From assembly GCA_963753975.1 (NCBI GenBank), contig CAVWEH010000002.1, positions 608,001 to 672,000 of the forward strand: 64,000 nt of DNA, in the 5' to 3' direction. The stretch is from an uncultured delta proteobacterium (GTDB taxonomy: Bacteria > Desulfobacterota > Syntrophia > Syntrophales > Smithellaceae). The notes beneath the pieces were generated by a model. The model was not told where the DNA came from and searched no databases. It saw only the letters and a program-made list of their open reading frames with translations. Shown in pieces: positions 59,534-64,000 of this stretch. The position numbers and the translations under genes were made by a program. The number at the start of each line of letters is the position of its first letter. Position 1 is the first letter of the stretch.

Positions 59534-60211
59534 CTATTTTACTAAAATATAACTTGCGACTTTCTCCACGACTTCTTCTGCGGACAAATCAGTGGAGTCA
59601 ATTATTATTGCTCCATCGGGAACTTTCAAAGGAGCAAGTTGTCTTTGTCCATCCTGCTTGTCTCTAGTAAGCATATCTTGTCGAACAAACTGATATTCAG
59701 CCACGTTACCTTTGCCTATAATTTCTTTGTATCTTCTTTTTATTCTTTCTTCTGTTCCGGCATCAAGATAAAATTTATAATCAGCATTCGGAAACACTAC
59801 CGAACCCATATCTCTGCCTTCTGCAACAAGACCACCGTGAACGCCAACCTCTCTCTGCAGGTTAAGCAGACTTTCTCGCACGACGGCATAAGTGGATATT
59901 CTGGAAGCAGCCAAACCTACTTCTTCGGTGCGTATTTTCTCCCCGACATCCTCTCCATCCACATATACATTTAATTTACCGTCAATGTATTTAAAAGCCA
60001 CCTTGGTGCGGGAACAAAGATCAGACAAGGCGGATTCGTCATCAATAGATATTTTTACCTGAAGCGCTTTATACGCCAATGCTCTATAAAGCGCTCCTGT
60101 ATCCAGATAAATGTAACCAAGTTTTTTTGCCACGGCTTTGCTTACCGTACTTTTACCGGCACCCGCCGGGCCATCTATAGTTATAATCTTTTTCTTTTCC
60201 ATATAACTCAA
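59534..60211 (-). CDS. cmk: Cytidylate kinase
   Basis: IDGPAGAGKST, DTGALYR, EGRDMG, RD..D..R..APL. Confidence 0.96.
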   Translation of the reverse strand: MSYMEKKKIITIDGPAGAGKSTVSKAVAKKLGYIYLDTGALYRALAYKALQVKISIDDESALSDLCSRTKVAFKYIDGKLNVYVDGEDVGEKIRTEEVGLAASRISTYAVVRESLLNLQREVGVHGGLVAEGRDMGSVVFPNADYKFYLDAGTEERIKRRYKEIIGKGNVAEYQFVRQDMLTRDKQDGQRQLAPLKVPDGAIIIDSTDLSAEEVVEKVASYILVK

Positions 60212-60300
60212 CTCATTTGCGCATTCTTAATGCTCTAAAAGCAAGACTTGCCTTAAAAGATAATATAAGATAGAAAAGACCTTGTGATTGAAAACTGCTT

Positions 60301-61722
60301 ATGCGTAAACTAATTCAAAATCAATACATTTCTTTTGTTTTTGCCCTCTTCATCTTGTTGTTTTTCACCAACATTTGCTTGGCCGAATTCACTATCGATG
60401 ATGAAAAAAAACTGGGCAAAGAGTTTTATGATAAATTGGAAAAAAATCATTTTCTCCTTGAAAATAAACAACTTAACAGTTATATCACCAGTATCGGCAA
60501 TTTAGTTCTGGCGCAAAGTCATAAAGCGCCCTTTGATTTCCATTTTTCAATTGTGAATAGTTCGGCCATAAACGCTTTTGCCACACCCGGCGGGTATATT
60601 TACGTTCATAAAGGTCTGATTAATGCCGTGGAAAACGAAGCAGAGCTGGCCGGAGTTATTGCTCATGAAATCGGCCATGCCAATGCCCGGCATGTTGCCA
60701 GCATAATTGAAAAATCACAAAAATTGAATATCGCCACACTGGCCGCTATTATCGCCGGCGCCTTCTTGGGCGGCGGCGGAGAAGCCACCGCCGCTATTGC
60801 TGCTTTTTCGGTAGCCGGCGCCAGCAGCCTAACATTGAAATATCAGCGGGAGCATGAAGAAGAAGCCGACCGGCTGGGAATAAATTACCTGGCAAGCGCC
60901 GGTTACTATCCGGCAGCAATGGTCGATTTTCTTAAGGTGATAAAAAAATATGAGTTTTTATCCAAGACCATTCCTTCCTATTTACTAACACACCCGGGCA
61001 CTGATGACCGCATTTTTTATTTGGACAGTCTTATTCTGACCCAATACCGGCAGAAAGGAGCAAAAAAAATAGTAGGCAACTTAATGAGAATGCAAACATT
61101 GATTCCTTTAGATGAAGCTGATCTGAATGCGCGACAAAGGCAACTGACAGAGGCGTTAACCAAGGAACCGAAGAATGTCGATTTACTTTATGCCTTGGCC
61201 TCAACCGAAGATGATCTCGACCAAACAAGTTTAGCGCTCGAACATCTGCAAAACGCTCTTAGTTTGTCGCCGCGGGACGAAGATGTTTTAAAAAATATCG
61301 GTCTGCTTTATCTAAAAATGGGCAAAATTGATCAGGCAGAGATATACCTCCAAAGAGCTGCCAGTATAAATCCTAACAACGATGAAATTACTCTTGCTTT
61401 AGGTAATACTTATTTTGCTTCGGGTAATTATCAAAGCGCTCTTAACAGCTATCTCAGGCTGAAAGATAAAACTTTTGATGATGATACTGATATAAATTAT
61501 CATATTGCCATGGCCTATGGAAAACTTAATAATCAAGGTGAGTCCCATTACTATTTCGGCTTATTTTTTAAAAAATCCCAGAAAAAGGAAAGCGCCCTTT
61601 TCCATTTCAAAGAAGCTCTTAATTATTTTCTGCAAGGTTCGGAACGATCGAATACAATTAATAATGAAATTAAAGAACTGAGTATGGATTCACCTCCACA
61701 GTCAAAAAGCAAATCGAAATGA
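60301..61722 (+). CDS. M48 zinc metalloprotease with TPR repeats (BepA/YfgC-like)
   Basis: Signal peptide, NAFATPGG, AHEIGH, EEEAD, LLTHP, C-terminal TPRs. Confidence 0.92.
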   Translation: MRKLIQNQYISFVFALFILLFFTNICLAEFTIDDEKKLGKEFYDKLEKNHFLLENKQLNSYITSIGNLVLAQSHKAPFDFHFSIVNSSAINAFATPGGYIYVHKGLINAVENEAELAGVIAHEIGHANARHVASIIEKSQKLNIATLAAIIAGAFLGGGGEATAAIAAFSVAGASSLTLKYQREHEEEADRLGINYLASAGYYPAAMVDFLKVIKKYEFLSKTIPSYLLTHPGTDDRIFYLDSLILTQYRQKGAKKIVGNLMRMQTLIPLDEADLNARQRQLTEALTKEPKNVDLLYALASTEDDLDQTSLALEHLQNALSLSPRDEDVLKNIGLLYLKMGKIDQAEIYLQRAASINPNNDEITLALGNTYFASGNYQSALNSYLRLKDKTFDDDTDINYHIAMAYGKLNNQGESHYYFGLFFKKSQKKESALFHFKEALNYFLQGSERSNTINNEIKELSMDSPPQSKSKSK

Positions 61723-61847
61723 TGAAAAAAATAATCCGGTAATCTTATAATAAACTTTTCATTTTATAAAATCAGAGTTTAACCTTGACATTCAAACCCT
61801 CCCTGCCTATTTTAGAGTTGTAATTATGGGTTGAAAAGGAAAAGATT

Positions 61848-62048
61848 ATGCCGATTTACGAATTTTGCTGTAAAAAGTGTAAAAATATCTTTGAAACTTT
61901 GATCTTCTCAGCAGAAAAAGAAAAAAATCCTTCTTGCCCCAAGTGCAAAGCAAAAACAACTGAAAAGATAATGTCTGTTGTTGCCGGCGGGAAAGGCGAT
62001 TGTTCATCAGGCGCACCAACCTCTTCCTCACCGGGTTGAAGCAGCTAA
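61848..62048 (+). CDS. FmdB-family zinc-ribbon protein, probable selenoprotein (UGA at 62037 read as Sec)
   Basis: MPIYEF.C..C...CPKC; ...SPG-TGA-AGC-AGC-TAA with a SECIS-like hairpin 12 nt after the UGA. Confidence 0.75.
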
Positions 62049-62051
62049 GAA

Positions 62052-62068
62052 AGCGTCAGGCTGACGCT
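62052..62068 (+). promoter_or_regulatory. Candidate bacterial SECIS element
   Basis: AGCGTCA-GGC-TGACGCT perfect stem, G-containing loop, no U-tract after it. Confidence 0.6.
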
Positions 62069-62165
62069 AAGCCAACATTTGATCATTCTTTTACCATTGC
62101 GAAAAAAGAAACAATGCATTATAAGACTCCAACTTTAATATTTTTTAGGAAAGGAGTCTCTAAAA

Positions 62166-62837
62166 GTGAACATTTTAATTTTTGGCCCTAATGGCAGCGG
62201 CAAAGGAACTCAAGGTGCCGTAATACAAAAGAAATATGGCGTACCTCATATTGAAACCGGAGTTATCTTCCGGCAAAATATTTCCCAAAAAACTCCTCTG
62301 GGAGAAAAGGCAAAAGCATATATAGACCGGGGCGAATTGGTCCCTGATGATATCACCATTCCCATGATTTTAAACCGGCTGAAAGAAGCTGATTGCAAAA
62401 AAGGCTGGCTTCTCGACGGCTTTCCTCGCAATTTGGCTCAAGCCGAAGCTCTTTGGGAAGCGCTCCAAAAAGAGAAAATGAAACTCGACTATGTCATTGA
62501 AATCGATCTGGACCGCGAGACCGCGAAGAAGAGAATCATGGGTCGCAGGCTTTGTAAGAAAGATAACAACCATCCTAATAATATTTACATCGAGGCCATT
62601 AAACCTCGGGAACTAAACGGCAAAATGGTTTGCCGTGTTTGCGGCGAAGATCTTTCCACCCGCGCCGACGACCAGGACAGCGCCGCAATCGATAAGCGCC
62701 ATAATATTTACTACGATACCAAAACAGGCACTCTGGCTGCTGTCAATTATTTTAAGAAAAGAACAAAAGTGATTTCCGTCGACGGAAGCGCCGGGGTAAA
62801 AGAAGTTTCGGAAAAACTTTTAAAGAAACTTGCTTAA
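62166..62837 (+). CDS. adk: Adenylate kinase
   Basis: GPNGSGKGTQ, GELVPDD, LLDGFPR, LID domain, RADD. Confidence 0.95.
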   Translation: MNILIFGPNGSGKGTQGAVIQKKYGVPHIETGVIFRQNISQKTPLGEKAKAYIDRGELVPDDITIPMILNRLKEADCKKGWLLDGFPRNLAQAEALWEALQKEKMKLDYVIEIDLDRETAKKRIMGRRLCKKDNNHPNNIYIEAIKPRELNGKMVCRVCGEDLSTRADDQDSAAIDKRHNIYYDTKTGTLAAVNYFKKRTKVISVDGSAGVKEVSEKLLKKLA

Positions 62838-62859
62838 GCTCCCAGGAAATATTCATCAT

Positions 62860-62894
62860 AAAAGCCCGCCGGTATTCATTGGAGGGCTTTTTTT
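62860..62894 (+). terminator. Intrinsic terminator after adk
   Basis: AAAAGCCC...GGGCTTTTTTT. Confidence 0.65.
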
Positions 62895-62905
62895 GACACA
62901 AAACT

Positions 62906-64000
62906 ATGGAAAACATTAGAAACTTCAGCATAATTGCCCATATCGATCACGGCAAATCAACGCTTGCCGACCGGCTGATTCAATTCACCGGAGTCTGCGA
63001 TGAAAGAAATTTTCAAGACCAAATTCTGGATAATATGGATATTGAGAGAGAACGCGGAATTACTATCAAGAGTAATGCCATATCCCTACCCTACCGTGCT
63101 CATGATGGAAAAGATTATATCCTGAACCTGATTGACACCCCGGGACACGTTGATTTTTCCTATGAGGTCTCTCGCTCACTGGCCTCCTGCGAAGGAGTTC
63201 TTCTCCTAATCGATGCCGCTCAGGGTGTGCAGGCCCAGACTTTGGCCAATCTTTATCTGGCCATGGAACACAACCTGGAAATTATACCCGTAATCAACAA
63301 GATAGACCTTCCTTCGGCCGATGTCGACCGTGTCCTGGAGCAAATTGAATCCGAGCTGGGCCTCGATCCGGATACTCACTTAAAGTGTTCGGCCAAGGAG
63401 GGAATAGGTATAGAAGAAATTCTCGAGGCAATCGTCAAGCGTATTCCGGCGCCGAAGGGCGATGCCGCCAGTCCATTAGCGGCATTGATTTTTGATGCTC
63501 ATTACGATTCATTTCGCGGCACGATCATTCACTGCCGCGTCTTTGAGGGAACACTCAAAAGCGGCGATATCATCAAATTTATGTCCAGCGGCGCAACCTA
63601 TAAAGTGGAAGAAGTGGGACACTTTCTTCTTACCCGCTCCAAACGTGATAAACTTTCCGCAGGCGAGGTCGGCTATATCATCGCCGGCGTTAAAACCGTC
63701 GCCGATGTGCGTACCGGCGATACGATTACTTTACAGAATAATCCCGCAGACCAGCCGCTACCTGGTTTTAAAGAAGTCAAGCCCGTAGTTTTTGCCTCCA
63801 TTTACCCCATCGCTTCCGACGATTATCAGGATTTAGCCGATTCGCTGGAAAAATATAAGCTCAATGATGCGTCGTTTATTTACGAAAAGGATTCTTCCGC
63901 CGCTCTGGGCCAGGGTTTCCGCTGCGGCTTTCTGGGGCTTCTTCACCTGGATGTGGTTCAGGAGCGCCTGGAAAGAGAGTTTAACCTTTCCATAATTCTT
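62906..64000 (+). CDS. lepA: Elongation factor 4 (3' partial; absent from the ORF track because it runs off the window)
   Basis: [60 protein letters not shown]. Confidence 0.97.
   Translation, partial: MENIRNFSIIAHIDHGKSTLADRLIQFTGVCDERNFQDQILDNMDIERERGITIKSNAISLPYRAHDGKDYILNLIDTPGHVDFSYEVSRSLASCEGVLLLIDAAQGVQAQTLANLYLAMEHNLEIIPVINKIDLPSADVDRVLEQIESELGLDPDTHLKCSAKEGIGIEEILEAIVKRIPAPKGDAASPLAALIFDAHYDSFRGTIIHCRVFEGTLKSGDIIKFMSSGATYKVEEVGHFLLTRSKRDKLSAGEVGYIIAGVKTVADVRTGDTITLQNNPADQPLPGFKEVKPVVFASIYPIASDDYQDLADSLEKYKLNDASFIYEKDSSAALGQGFRCGFLGLLHLDVVQERLEREFNLSIIL

Overview
A bacterial chromosomal window whose gene content and style (fatty-acid CoA ligase, crotonases, SatP, spdEFG1-type EF-G, several hydrogenase modules) fit an anaerobic syntrophic deltaproteobacterium (Syntrophales, Smithella-like; this is inference). 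2-25 kb holds two adjacent soluble [NiFe]-hydrogenase clusters. Cluster 1 is a sigma54-controlled MvhDGA unit paired with a GltD-like flavoprotein that ends in an HdrA-type ferredoxin tail, with no hdrBC. Cluster 2 is a DRTGG/PHP/kinase-preceded NuoE + ferredoxin + NuoF-GltD fusion + NuoG-like + HoxYH unit. The rest contains satP, a LytS/LytTR + Lol-like ABC operon, a 6.2-kb TetR/dctP'/fadD/MFS segment bounded by 29-bp direct repeats, addAB, accessory genes, fusA with a candidate attenuator, Grx-FTR plus a stand-alone sigma70 region-4 protein, cmk-rpsA-sppA-ihfB, a probable FmdB selenoprotein, adk and lepA. A modular intergenic repeat family with fixed ends and covarying bulged hairpins occurs about 7 times. 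Seven genes, including fusA, each carry one extra base; these are most likely sequencing errors.
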